This document shows, in pieces, positions 22,501 through 33,994 of a DNA stretch of 64,000 nucleotides. The notes beneath the pieces were generated by a model. It made no database searches. It saw nothing but the letters and a program-made list of their open reading frames with translations, and was not told the origin of the DNA. The DNA lies in the NCBI RefSeq assembly GCF_011386835.1, contig NC_088802.1:8680001-8744000 (forward strand), given 5' to 3'. A program made the translations under genes and the position numbers. The stretch is from Chrysemys picta bellii. Taxonomy: Eukaryota. Positions within the stretch are counted from its first letter, which is position 1. Each line of letters begins with the position of its first letter.

Positions 22501-25500
22501 CCCAGCAGCCCAACCCCACAGGTGGCATTTCTGTATTTCTCCACTGGGTGACCGATCCCAGCATAAAAATCCTTTGGGATCCTTGCAGATGAGGTACTAT
22601 GGAAATGTGTGGGGCTTATCCCCTTGCTGTATTCTGCTAACCTGAGCTCCGCTTTGCTGTAGGGTTGGAATTGGAGACTCCCTCACTGGTTCCTCTGAAG
22701 AAGAACCCCAACGCTGTAGTGGTGTCTGAAAAATACAACCTGAAGCCGATGCCGATAAAGAGACAGAGGTAGGTCTGAGCATCCCCCCCTGCTCTGGGGA
22801 AAGCGTCCAGACCTTGCGCCTGTGGCTTCCTCTGTCTGCCTCGCCTTTACACTCCGTTCCTCAGTCCTGAGAAGCACTCTGTGTGGAACTAGGAGGCAGG
22901 ACTCCTGGGCTCTATCCCTGGCTCTTGGGAGGGGAGTGGGGTCTAGTGTTTAGAGCGGTGGGGGCTGGGAGGCAGGACTGAGTGCTGATGGGATTTGCCC
23001 GAGGCCCTGTGTGTGGTACAGGCCCAGCATTGGTAACCTTCCCCAAGCCGCCCCTGCTTGCCCCTTCAGCCCCCTGCTAAGCAGCTCTAGGGTTGTGCTG
23101 TGCTTTGCTTTCTGTGCTCTTCATGCCATATCGCAATGTGATCTGGGCTTGCCTGCTCCTTGCTCAGGGCAGCATCTGATCCCTTTCCTGGGCCGTGGCC
23201 TCAGCGTCTCAGTACCATGTCTGCTTTTCCCTCTCACAGCACGTCCGCCCCCTCTGGAGACAATCCACCAGTAGAGAAGAAATACAAACCTCTGAACACC
23301 ACCCCCAACAGCACAAAGGAAATCAAAGTCAAGATCATCCCTGCGCAACGTGAGTACATTGAGGCCCCGATAGTCAGGATGCCTGGGTTCGGTCCTCAGC
23401 AGTGGGCGGGGAGTGGAGTCTAGTTGTTGAGAGTTGCAGGGGTGGGGCTGAGAGTCAGGGCTCCTGGGTTCTTATCCCTGGCTCTGGGAGGGGAGTTGGG
23501 GTGTAGCATGGCGGAGGGGCAGGATAACACATGAAGTTGCAGGTGCTTGGAGCTTTCAGTTTGCGTAACCTCTTTCATTCCCCCCTCTCTGCAGCAATGG
23601 AGGGCTTGGGCTTCCTCGATGCCCTTAACTCTGCCCCCATCCCGGGGATCAAGATCAAAAAGAAAAAGAAAGTCTTGTCTCCTACAGCAGCCAAGGTACA
23701 AACGCCTCAAGGTGGGGAATGGGGGCTGGTGGGTTAGAGTGGGGGGCTGGGAGGCAGGACCCCTGGGTTCTGATGTCAGCAATGAGAGGGGAGTGCGGTC
23801 TGGGGCAGGGGCTGGGAGTTACTGGTTCACTTCCCATTACACTGATCCCACACTTCTCTCTGTGTCCCAGGCGAGCCCGTTTGAAGGGAAGCCAGCACCA
23901 GAAGCGAGCACTGCTAAACCATCCTCACCAGAGCCCGCTACTGCATCCGAGCCGATGGAGGTGGATCGGCCCGGTACTCCTGTGCCGGCAGTAGAGGTCC
24001 CAGAGCTGATGGAGACCGGTAAGGATGGGGAAGGCGTTGGAGCCGACGGGTTCTATTGTGCTAACCCTGGGTGGGTGGTAGGTGTCAGCCCAACATCCTG
24101 GCTGTGTTGGATCAGACTTGATGTTGCCACCCAGGAGGCCATAAAACCCCATAATGCATGTGGCCAGATGTGCCATGCCAGCTAGGATACAGCTGCCTTG
24201 GCCGGGGTGGGGGTAGCCCCTGTGTCAGCTTAACTGTGGGGCTGGGAGGACTGTCTTCACTTGGGGGTCCTGGGTTGGGCTCAGGAGGCATTGGCGCCGG
24301 TTGTTAGATCCAGGCTCCGTGGGTGGGTGTTTGTCTGATCGCTGAGCCGCTCTGTGTCCCGTCCCCGCAGCCTCGTCCGAGCAGAACTCAGACGCCAAGC
24401 CGTCCGAGAGCGCCGCTGACTCCACGCGGCTCACCAAGAAGGGCAAGAAGAAGAAGACAGTGACTTGGCCTGAAGAGAGCAAGCTGCGGGAGTACTTCTA
24501 CTTCGAGCTGGACGAGACTGAGCGAGGTGAGTACTGGGGTGGGGGCCTTTCTCTCTGGGGTCACCCGCTCCCACCCGGCACTTGGGGTATGGGACATGGG
24601 GCCTTTCCCTCTGGGGGTGCCTGCTCTGCTCCAGCACCAGGGGACTACCTGGCTTCTGCAGGTGGGAAAAGGGATACAAGGCCTTTGAACTCCTATTATG
24701 GAGTGGGGGTGTCGCACCCTTCCCATCGGCTGGACGGCAGAGGCCTGTCTGTCCCCTGACTAAACCCCTCCCCGTTTCTTCTCCTCCCCTGGCAGTCAAC
24801 GTGAACAAGATCAAGGACTTTGGCGAGGCAGCCAAGCGGGAGATGCTGAAGGACCGGCACGCCTTTGAGACGGCGCGTCGGCTCAGCCACGATGCCATGG
24901 AAGAGAAGGTGCCCTGGGTTTACCCCAAGCTCATCGACCTGCCTAGCCCCCTGGTGCAGCCGGGCAGCGGCAGCCGCGAGAAGTTCACCCAGGCCGAGAG
25001 GGAGAAGGGCATCCTGCAGGAGATCTTCCTCTCCAAGGAGAGGTGGGTGTGGCCCTGGGGGGCAGGGCGAGGGGTTGGAAGAGTACTGGGGGTTCAGGCT
25101 GGGGCACCATTTCCCAGTTGCGCAATGTAGGCTCTTTGTCCCCCCCTCTAATGGCTGCACTGTGCAACAGCCAGTGTGTTAAATTTAAGGCTGCCTACCT
25201 GAATCCAGCATGGCTCTGTCCCTCTCTAGCGGCATATGAGCCGGTTGCTGCCTCTGAACCTGTCGACCTGGTTGTTCGACTGTTTTCAGCTCCAGAGGTC
25301 CCAGCAGATGACCCCACCAGGGGCCTCTCCAGGTTGCTGGGCACCAGGATGCCCCTCTGACCCTTCTGTCTTTGCTTCCCATGGCTGGTAGATGCTGGGT
25401 GGGTGTGTGGACCAGGCCTGTGAGGCCGTGCTGGGAGCTAAGGGGTGGGGGAGTGGGGAGGCATTAGGCTGTGCTGAGAGCCCCATCAATGGGGGGCTAT

Positions 25501-28500
25501 GACCACATGTCTCGGTGCTGATTTGTGACCAGCATCTCTCCTCTCCGCAGCGTTCCAGACAGTCCCCACGAACCCGACCCGGAGTCTTACGAACCCCTGC
25601 CGCCCAAACTCATCCCACTCGACGAGGTACGTCTGGCTCAGGGCCCCGGGTTCTCTACCCTGCTTTGGGGGACAGAAGGAAGGGGCCTGTTGGGGTAGAG
25701 CAGGGGGATTGGTAGTCAGGACTCCTGGGTTCACTCCTCACTGTGGAAGGGGTCTAGGGGTTAGAGCAGAGGGTTCATTTCCCAGCTCCCTGGGGACCCC
25801 TCCCCGCTCTGTGTGTCTCTGTCTCCCCTGTATAAACAGGGATGGGCTAGAGAGAGGCAAAGGCCCGGGAACCTGAGTGCCCAGCCGCGACCCCCAGCCC
25901 CTGAGGCTGGGGCGTCCTCCCTGCCCTCAGCCCATCCTGACTCCAGTGTCTCCTCTGTCCCCTCTCTCAGGAATGCACCATGGACGAGGCCGCCTACCAG
26001 GAAGGACTCGACCCGGCCGCCGCCTCGCAGTCTCCCGACGGAGCCGGGGCCTCCAAGCTGCCCCCAGTGCTGGCCAACCTGATGGGGAGCATGGGGGCCG
26101 GCAAGAGCCCTCAGGGCCCCAACCCCAGCTCCTCCATGAACGTGCAGGAGATCCTCACCTCCATCATGGTAATTGGAGCTGCTGCGTAGCCTGACTGACC
26201 CTATAGGCTCCCCGTAGTGGGAGGGTCCAGCACCAAAAGGGTAAACGCTGCACTGCCCTGTGGGTGGGGCCTCCTTGGCCCATCTTCCCCCAGAGCAGAC
26301 CATCACTTCCCCCCCTGCCACCCCACCACTGCTGGAGCGGACCATTGGCCTGCCTCCAGCTTGGTTGAAGGTCCAGCATTTTAGCGGGAAGGGGAAACTC
26401 GGACAGTGCACCAGCTGAGGAATAGTTGGGGTGGGGGGATGCATGGGAGAGTGGGACTCTTTCCCATCACTCCATTCCCCCAAAGCGGTTGGGTCAAGCC
26501 AGCCCCTGGCCCCAGCTAGAGGGGTTAGTGGACTAGCACAGCGCCCTAGAGTTAGAGGTCAGAGAGAGCTGAGGGGGTGTAGTGTGAGTGGGGGAGAGGA
26601 GGGACACTGTCTAACCCTGCTCCGCCTCCCCCCTCTTCCCTACACAGGGCGGGCCCAACAACCACAAGACGGAGGAGCTAATGAAGCAGCCGGATTACTC
26701 GGACAAGATCAAACACTTGCTTGGCAACCTCCAGACACAGCCCCCAGGGCCCTCAGGAGGTAAGAGACCTGTGGGGGGCACTGACCCTGTTCCCACCTCC
26801 CGCTCCTAGGAGAAAATCATGTCCTGCCGGTCGCCTTCTGGGTTCTGTTTCTTTGCCTTGTCTGTCTGTCTTGATGGGGCGCCTGGGACTTAGAACCATC
26901 TGCTCCTTCAGCTCTAGGGGCTCTGGCAGGCAGGTAATCCGAAGGACGTGACCTTGCTCGGTTCGAAAGGCTGGGGCCAGGGGAGAGCTGGTGCACCCAG
27001 CATCTTGATGACATCGTGGGTGTGCGAGTGCATGTCTGTGTGATTTCCTGCTCTGGGGGTTCCAGGAGAGGTGGCCATGTCAACATATTCTGGGTTAGGA
27101 TCGGAGGTTGCTGTGAAGGGATGGGAAGTGGATCCCCCTATTCCTCTCTTTCTCCTCCTCTTCCCCCCCCCCCCCATTGTAACCCCGTTGGCTGTATTTG
27201 ACCCCTCTGCTCTCTTGTCTTCCAGTGCCCCACGGGCTGCTGGGCCCAGGGCCTCTCGCCAATGGATTCCCACCTGGACCAAAGAACATGCAGCATTTCC
27301 CTCCCGGGGGGCCAGGACCTATGCCTGGTAAGCAGGGAGCTACCATCTTCTGGGGGTGGGGCGGGACTGTCAGACTTTCAGCTGGAGTGTGCCAGAGTCA
27401 GTAGGGCCTGCTAACCCCAGTGCAGTGCTAGGAGGTGCTGTGTTGCGGGGAGTGGGGTAGAGGCTCAGTATGGGACACTGCCCTGGCAGTCAGTGCTGGC
27501 GCCAATTCCCCAGTGCGGTGCTAGGGGGCGCTGTGCTGCAGGATGGGGGGGCTCAGTAAGGGGCACTGTGTGTCATGGAGCAGGGTGGGCGTTCGGCAGC
27601 AGGTGTTTTTCTGCCCTGCGTGCTCAGACAAGGGGTCTCTAACCTTTGTGCCTCTCTCTCTCCCCTAGGTCCCCATGGTGGCCCTGGGGGTCCCAACATG
27701 CCCCCAGGTCCCGGCATGCCTGGCGGGCCCAGGATGATGGGTCCTCCCCCTCCCCAGCGAGGCGAGTTCTGGGATCCCCCTGACGGCGGCATGCGGGGAA
27801 ACCCCCACGGGGGTATGCGAGGGGGTGGCCCTGGCCCGGGGCCTGGCCCAGGCCCTTTCCACCGGGGGCGAGGCGGAGAGCCCCCCTTCCGAGGGCGAGG
27901 AGGAGGTGGGCGCAGTGGCGGCCCCCCCAATGGCAGAGGCGGGCCCCCTAACAACGGCATGGGTGGAGGAGGTGGCCACGGCGGTGGCGGCCACGGCGGA
28001 GGTCACGGCGGCCATGGTGGAGGCCACGGCAGGGGCCACGGCGGCCATGGTGGAGGCCACGGAGGCGGCGGCGGCCATGGTGGAGGCCACGGAGGCGGCG
28101 GTCATGGCGGTGGCCACGGAGGAGATCACGGCAGAGGCCACCCAGGGGATCATGGCCGGGGTCATGGTGGAGGCCACGGAGGAGGTAATTGCAGGGGGCT
28201 TGGCATGCCCTCTAGGGGGAGCAGAGGGCCATGGCTTTGGAATGGCCCTGCCCCTATGTGGGAGGGGCCTGTGAGTGCTCCCTCCCCTCCCCCGTTTTTA
28301 TCCAGCAGGTGGCGAGGGCCAATGGGGGAGACCCAGCATGCATTGCACCCATTCGATCCTGCGGGCCCTGCTCCTTGGGGGCGGGGCCCAGAGCGGCAGA
28401 GACCCCCTATGGGCCTGTGAGAACAAGGGAGACGGTTTCAGCTGCAGCATTGCATGCTGGGAGCTGTAGTCTGCTCTTGGTGGCGCAAGTGGAGCATTGC

Positions 28501-28822
28501 ATGCTGGGAGCTATAGTTAGCTCCTGGTGGCCCAGTTACGGTGAAGCATTGCATGCTGGGAGCTTTAATCTATGCTCCTGGCAGTCTGGGTTAGGGTGGA
28601 GTGTTGCATGCTAGGAGCTGTAGTGTCTCCCCCATCCCCTGCCCTGCTCTGCCACCTCTCTGGCCGTGCCCCACCGCTGTGGCTGACCTGCGCCCCGTTT
28701 TCTCTCACGCAGACATGTCGAGCCGCCCCGTGTGTCGCCACTTCATGTTGAAAGGCAGCTGCAGGTACGAGAACAACTGTGCCTTCTACCATCCCGGAGT
28801 GAACGGGCCGCCCCTGCCGTAG
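19525..28822 (+). CDS. PPP1R10: PP1 regulatory subunit 10 (PNUTS), about 870 aa
   Basis: Coding exons 19525-19631, 20882-20968, 21327-21462, 21611-21662, 21768-21845, 22163-22333, 22663-22768, 23240-23349, 23595-23695, 23871-24018, 24371-24526, 24796-25042, 25551-25626, 25971-26168, 26648-26759, 27226-27327, 27669-28184, 28713-28822 (sum 2613 nt). Starts [16 protein letters not shown]. Contains the TFIIS-N-like domain, the RVxF motif KTVTW, a Gly/His region and the C3H zinc finger [32 protein letters not shown]. Confidence 0.98.
19776..19888 (-). mobile_element. Internally deleted Penelope-like terminal fragment
   Basis: Reverse complement of the 48443-48530 sequence, followed by an inverted copy of its own segment. 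Confidence 0.7.
20006..20092. mobile_element. Short palindromic MITE-like repeat
   Basis: Terminal GGCCAGAT...ATCTGGCC and central AGCTCCA...TGGAGCT inverted repeats. Resembles a common turtle palindromic repeat (recalled). Confidence 0.55.
28446..28624 (+). repeat. Four-copy GCATTGCATGCTGGGAGCTGTAGT repeat
   Basis: TGCATG cores at 28451, 28498, 28550 and 28605. Confidence 0.9.
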
Positions 28823-29828
28823 CGCCTGGGGCCCTCCCCCCACCCCGCCGACGCCCCGTGAAACCGCCCAACACAGCCGCCCCCGCTTCATGGACTCTGG
28901 GGTGCCTGCTGTCGGACTTGGGCTGCATCCACCACTTATGGCTTCTGTGAGGCCTTGTAACGCCCAGGGGAGGGAAGGAGCAACCCCCCCTGACGGCTGC
29001 TGCTACTGAGGAACCACTGCGAGGGGAATTCCCCCCGCCACTCCGCTCCCTCCTGTGTTGTTTCAACCTGATGGAGGCGCTGATGGGACCTGACTCCGCG
29101 CCCCCCCCTGACTTTTTGCAAGCACAAGAGCTGCCACCTGCTCTGGGACCTGGGGGCAAGGGGGGCAAAGCAGGTTGTTACCACTGTGTTTATCTCTGTG
29201 GAACCAGCAAAGGTGTAAAGGGAGGGTTGCCAGGCTGCCCCACCCAGCTCCGGGCTGTGATCTGTTTGCGCATTTGCCTGCTGCAGACCTACTCTGAAGA
29301 CATTTTGCCTGGGGAGCCTTGGCCCTGAGGAGCAGCCGGCCACACTGCTCGGCTCCCCCGGAAATACTGCCCTCCTCGGGCATGTGGTCCAGAGACTTCT
29401 CTATCTGGCAGCAGCAGGATACCAATCCTTCGGTTGGGGAGGAAAGAGGTCCCTTAACCACTGCCCCCCACCCACTGAGCAAAGGGGGTGCTTAACTCCA
29501 CCTCCTCAATGGGGTTATCCCACCACGTGCGTGAGAACAAGTGGGATCAGAGCTCCCCTTGCTGTAAATACCCATCCCCACCCCGCCCACTGCGGACACG
29601 CGACTCCCCTTGGTGCTAGTGAGTCGTTGGGGGGGAGGGGGGGCGTGAAGCTGTTTTCTGTGAAAACGGACTGACTTTATTGCTGTTGGCATCTGGGGGC
29701 TTGGTTTGTTTCCTTTCCATTGTTTTATTTTTTTACGGTCTCTCCCTGAGACATGGACTGTCCTCCCCACCCACCCACCCCCACTGGTGCAGCCTCCCCC
29801 TTTTGTTTTGTATATTTTGTACATTAGT

Positions 29829-29834
29829 AATAAA
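29829..29834 (+). terminator. PPP1R10 polyadenylation signal
   Basis: AATAAA about 1 kb after the stop codon, followed by ATTAAA at 29842 and a GU-rich tract. Confidence 0.75.
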
Positions 29835-32303
29835 CATGGTGATTAAAAAATGGATCATCTAATTTAACCTTGGTGTCTGTGCTGGCTGTGTGGGGAAGGG
29901 GCCATCTCTGCGTCTGTACAGCCAACGCCCCGTGAAACACTCTGTACAGCGCCTGGCGCGGCAGGGTCAAGGTCTGTGGCTGGAGCCCGTGAGCACTGCC
30001 GCAGTACAGAGATAGAAGACACAGCAGGGCGGCACCTGTCTGATCGCTTCATTTCGTCACTGAAATAGGAATGAGCCAAATCCCTGTCACATGCTCAGGG
30101 GAGACATTTCCTCGTTCCTACAGTCCTGCTGATGGCTGGGACGCAGCAGGGTCCTGGGAGTTGGACTCAGATTCCACTGGCTAGAATCCCTCAATCCACC
30201 CTGACTTGGTACAGCGCTTGGAACGCTGGGATACCTACCCAGTGTGCAATGCAAGCAAAACTGGTAAAGTTGCCCAACGCTTCCCTTTATAAGCCCGTGT
30301 GTTCAGTTGCTTATAACTTTGCTATGCATCATCTATTTGCGTTGAAACTTCCAACACTGTGTGTCTGCCTTGGGTTGAATATTTGGGAGAAATTTCAATC
30401 GTTTCCAAGAATGAGGCTAAGGAAAAGCACCTTTTTTACACAAGCTAAAAGGTTCTGGTGACCCTGTCTTTGAGAAGTTCTGGTCTCCCCGTGTTTCAGA
30501 GCAGGGACTCAAAACTGGGCAAGGGTGTAACCTGTGTGGCAAGGCTGATGTGCTTTTAGCCATCCCTGGGAAAATTTTGCCTACATTTGGTCACATCATA
30601 ATCCTTTGAAAAATTGTGCTTTGCACAGGCTCAGCGGAGACGCTTTAGATTTTAGCTGCTAAGTTCTCCAACGATCCTGTGTGTGTGCTCCAGCCTCAGG
30701 CTGAGCTACGCTTCCCCTGTGCTTGCAGCTCTGGGAAGGCTGCTGGGCTCAGGCCTGGGAGCGGAGAGCAGGCAGCCGCTCTGTGCCCCTCCGCTGGGCC
30801 CAGGCAGTGTGGAGGAGAATCCTGCCTGGTTGGAGACAGGGGCTGAGAACCAGTCTGAAGGAGGAGGGCAGATTGGTCTAATGGGTGCTTATGCATGGGG
30901 AGGAAGAAAGGGACAGGAATGTGGGTGGAGGGCATGCTGACTGGAGGCCAGGGTGAGGGGAGGAGAGGGACAATAGAAGGGGCAGAAAGTGTCATGCTGA
31001 GGGGTTGCTGGGTGGGTGGGGGTGAGAATATGCAGAGGAGTGTGCCCGCTATGAGACACTCCCCTCCAGGCCGGGAATCATAGAGCCGAGATCCAGAGGC
31101 TCACTATACTATCAGCAACTAGCTCTGAAACCCACCTGCAAAGCATCTCCTGGCCTTCTGGTGCTAGGCTATAGAGAAGATGACAACCTACTACTGGTAT
31201 CAGTTACCCTGGTAGATCAAGTGGCAGAGGGCTGGGTGGGGGACCTAAAAGCTCCATTCTTGCTAGGTGTCAGTATGATGCCACAGGATGGAATTTGTTT
31301 TTTCAGTTTGCTTTTTAAAAAGGGGCCCTGTGCAGTCACTGTAGCAGGAGGTGCTCACCACCCCTCCCCCCAGCATGGGTTGCTCTAAGAAATTGCAGGC
31401 TGTTGGGGGTCAGAGTCTGAGGTTTAATCCTTTCCCTCCTGGGCAGCAGGATTTTGTGTTGTTGCTTCCCCCCAGCAGGCTGGAAGCCAGCATAGAGGGA
31501 CTGGCAATGAGTGATCAGAACAAGCACCAGACCATGCTAGTGGAATAGTGCACCTGATTGGCCCCTGCCAGCCCTTTTATGGCTGCAGAGAAGCTTCCAC
31601 AGGTGCCTTGAGCTACAACAGCTGCTTGTACAATGGCCAACAGATTCATGCTCTGCTGTCCCCCTTTCCAATCACCTCAGTGATCTGTTTCCCCAGCAAC
31701 CATCAGTAGGTTTCAGAGTTTTCACAAGTGGACCAGGCAGGACAGTGGTACAGTGCTGAATGAGCAAATCTCCTATACCGACCATTCAACTTGCCAGCTG
31801 TTAATCCTGAAACCTACTGTTGACAGTGCAACTGGTAAATGGGACTTGATGGGCTGCTGCCGTGGCCTGTAATAAACAGGTCTGAGATGAACAGCTCAGC
31901 CCCCTCACCTTGTTCACAGCAGGGGGTGTTGAGTCTGAAACCGACCAACGATGACTTGGCCATCCTTAACTACCTTGCAGTGAATCATGTTCACCGTCAG
32001 GGCCTGGATGGGGTCAGGGGGAAAACAGACCCCAAAACAAGGTCACCTCCAGCCTTGACTCATCCTTGCCATCTCTAGCACCTAGAGACCCTGCTGCAGT
32101 CACCTTCAGCTCTCCAACAGATGCAGGGTAACAGAAGGATGCAACAAGGGAGGGCTGAATCAGCCTGGCAGAGCTGAACATGGGGACAGCAGCTCTGAGA
32201 GCACCAGGCTAATGTGGTGGCAGGGGGAAGCAGGTGGGGGACAAGGGGGTGTCTACACTTGCCCCAGCCTGGGCTCAGCTCCCATGGACTGCTTCACTTA
32301 AGG

Positions 32304-32639
32304 CCATGGTTCCCAACCAGGGAGACACACCCCTGTGGGTGCACTCAGGTCTTCCATGGGGTACGTCAACTCATCTAGATATTGGCCTAGTTTTACAACA
32401 GGCTCCATAAAAAAGCACTAGGCAAGTGAGTACAAACTAAACTTTCAGACAATGACTTTGCACTGCACTGTAAGAACAATATTTATATTCCAGTTTAATT
32501 TATAATTATATGGTAAAAATATGAGAGCAATTTTTCAGTACTAGTGGCTGTGACACTTGCATCGGATTTTGTGAGCAAGCCATTTTTAAGTGAGATGAAA
32601 CTGAGGGGTACAGTAGCCTGGAACAGTGGAGAGCCCCTG
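32304..32639. mobile_element. Degenerate hAT MITE
   Basis: Ends CCATGGTTCCCAACC...GTGGAGAGCCCCTG. Flanks ACTTAAGG / ATTTAGGG match 6 of 8. Confidence 0.5.
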
Positions 32640-33645
32640 ATTTAGGGAGCAGGATACAGGGGCCTTTCTACACTGGCAGGCTGGGCTCTGCTCCAGCCAC
32701 TTGAGAATCAGGCCTCTGATTTTACCTAATTGAGGCCCCTGTAGGCAGCAAGTTCATTAGACTACACCATAGCAACCCTGTGGACTGGAAAAGGTCTGAA
32801 AGGGGAGAGCCCACCCCCTGGCTTAGCCCAAACCAACAGGCCTGGAATTCTAAGCTCAGGCCTGGTTAAGAACAACACTGTCAAGCCAGAGCTCCATGAC
32901 CATATACCAGTATGTCAGAAACTAGGCCCAAGGGGGGTATGAAATGAGGTGGGTGGGCTAGCCTATGCCACCCCCCCCCCCGCCCATTCCTTTTGGGGAT
33001 TCTTAAAGAGACTCGAGGGAGAAAAATTGGCTACTGTCTGGCAGCCTCCCCCCCCGGCTTCTGGGACCCTAGGCCCACCTTCACCTGAGCAGAGCAGGTC
33101 TAAGAGGACCCAAAGGACCCCTCCGCTTGCTACAGCAAAATCCCAACCCCCCACATGGGACATGACTTAGTCCCCCAACCGCTGTGTCTTTTTCCTTCCT
33201 CATCAACACTGCTGTGAGCCTGCAGCCAGAGAGGTGGCCTGAACCGCCCATTGCTGGCACAAGTTTGCCAGGTGGTGGAGCTGCTGATCAACCCCCCACT
33301 GGGCCCATGCTGCTGTGGTACCGGAGGTTGCAAGTGCCAAACCCTGCACCCCGTTCTACATGGTTCAGCCTTTCCCTCTCTGTGGCAGTAACACAGATGG
33401 ACCCATCCCAGTCAACCTTTTGCCCCATGTTTGTCACGAGTTGTGGGGGCTCAGCCCAGCCTCCAGCAGGGCAGGCGCCCCCTTCCCACCAGCCACGTGG
33501 GCAGAAATGGCCCCAGCTCCCCTCTGCCCCCTTGAAGGAGTGAGTGGGCCAGACAGACACCCTCTGCTCCCAACCTCGCCGGCCATAATGAATCCCCACC
33601 CCCCGCACAATCAAAGCCACCACCAGCCACTTTTTTCCTTCCTGT

Positions 33646-33651
33646 TTTAAT
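33646..33651 (-). terminator. ABCF1 polyadenylation signal
   Basis: ATTAAA on the minus strand about 345 nt after the ABCF1 stop codon. Confidence 0.55.
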
Positions 33652-33994
33652 TGAATCCTGTCACACAGAAGCAGAAGGCGGCTCAAACCATCTTCGGAGC
33701 AGCTGGGGGGTGAGAAGAGTCCAGCAATGGGGCACAGTCCCCTCCCCACCTGGCCCAAAATAGACCAACCATCCTCCCCCCCCCCCTTCATATAAATAAC
33801 CGGTGGCCCTTCCCAGAAAGGAAGCGGGTGGCAAAAAAAAGAGCACCCCACCTTCACAGGTTTAGCCCCACCCCATCATTATAGCCACGCCTCCTCCGCT
33901 ATCCAGCTGCTCAAAAGTCCTGCTGCAAAGGGGCAGGCTGGTGAATGTAGAGTCCATCATGGGGGGGAGGAGCTTTGGGAGGCTCCGCCCCACC

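Noticed and set aside
27000-27120. Box C-like TTGATGA suggesting an intronic C/D snoRNA
   Set aside because: No suitably placed box D with a terminal stem was found.
28185-28420. Extension of the Gly/His exon to a donor at 28270, or an extra exon at 28309
   Set aside because: The extension ends in phase 0 while the last exon needs phase 1, and the 28184 donor already gives the orthologous join to DMSSRPVC.
31910-32005. Exon-like minus-strand segment between PPP1R10 and ABCF1
   Set aside because: All three phases hit a stop before the better donor, and no partner exons or known protein were recognised.
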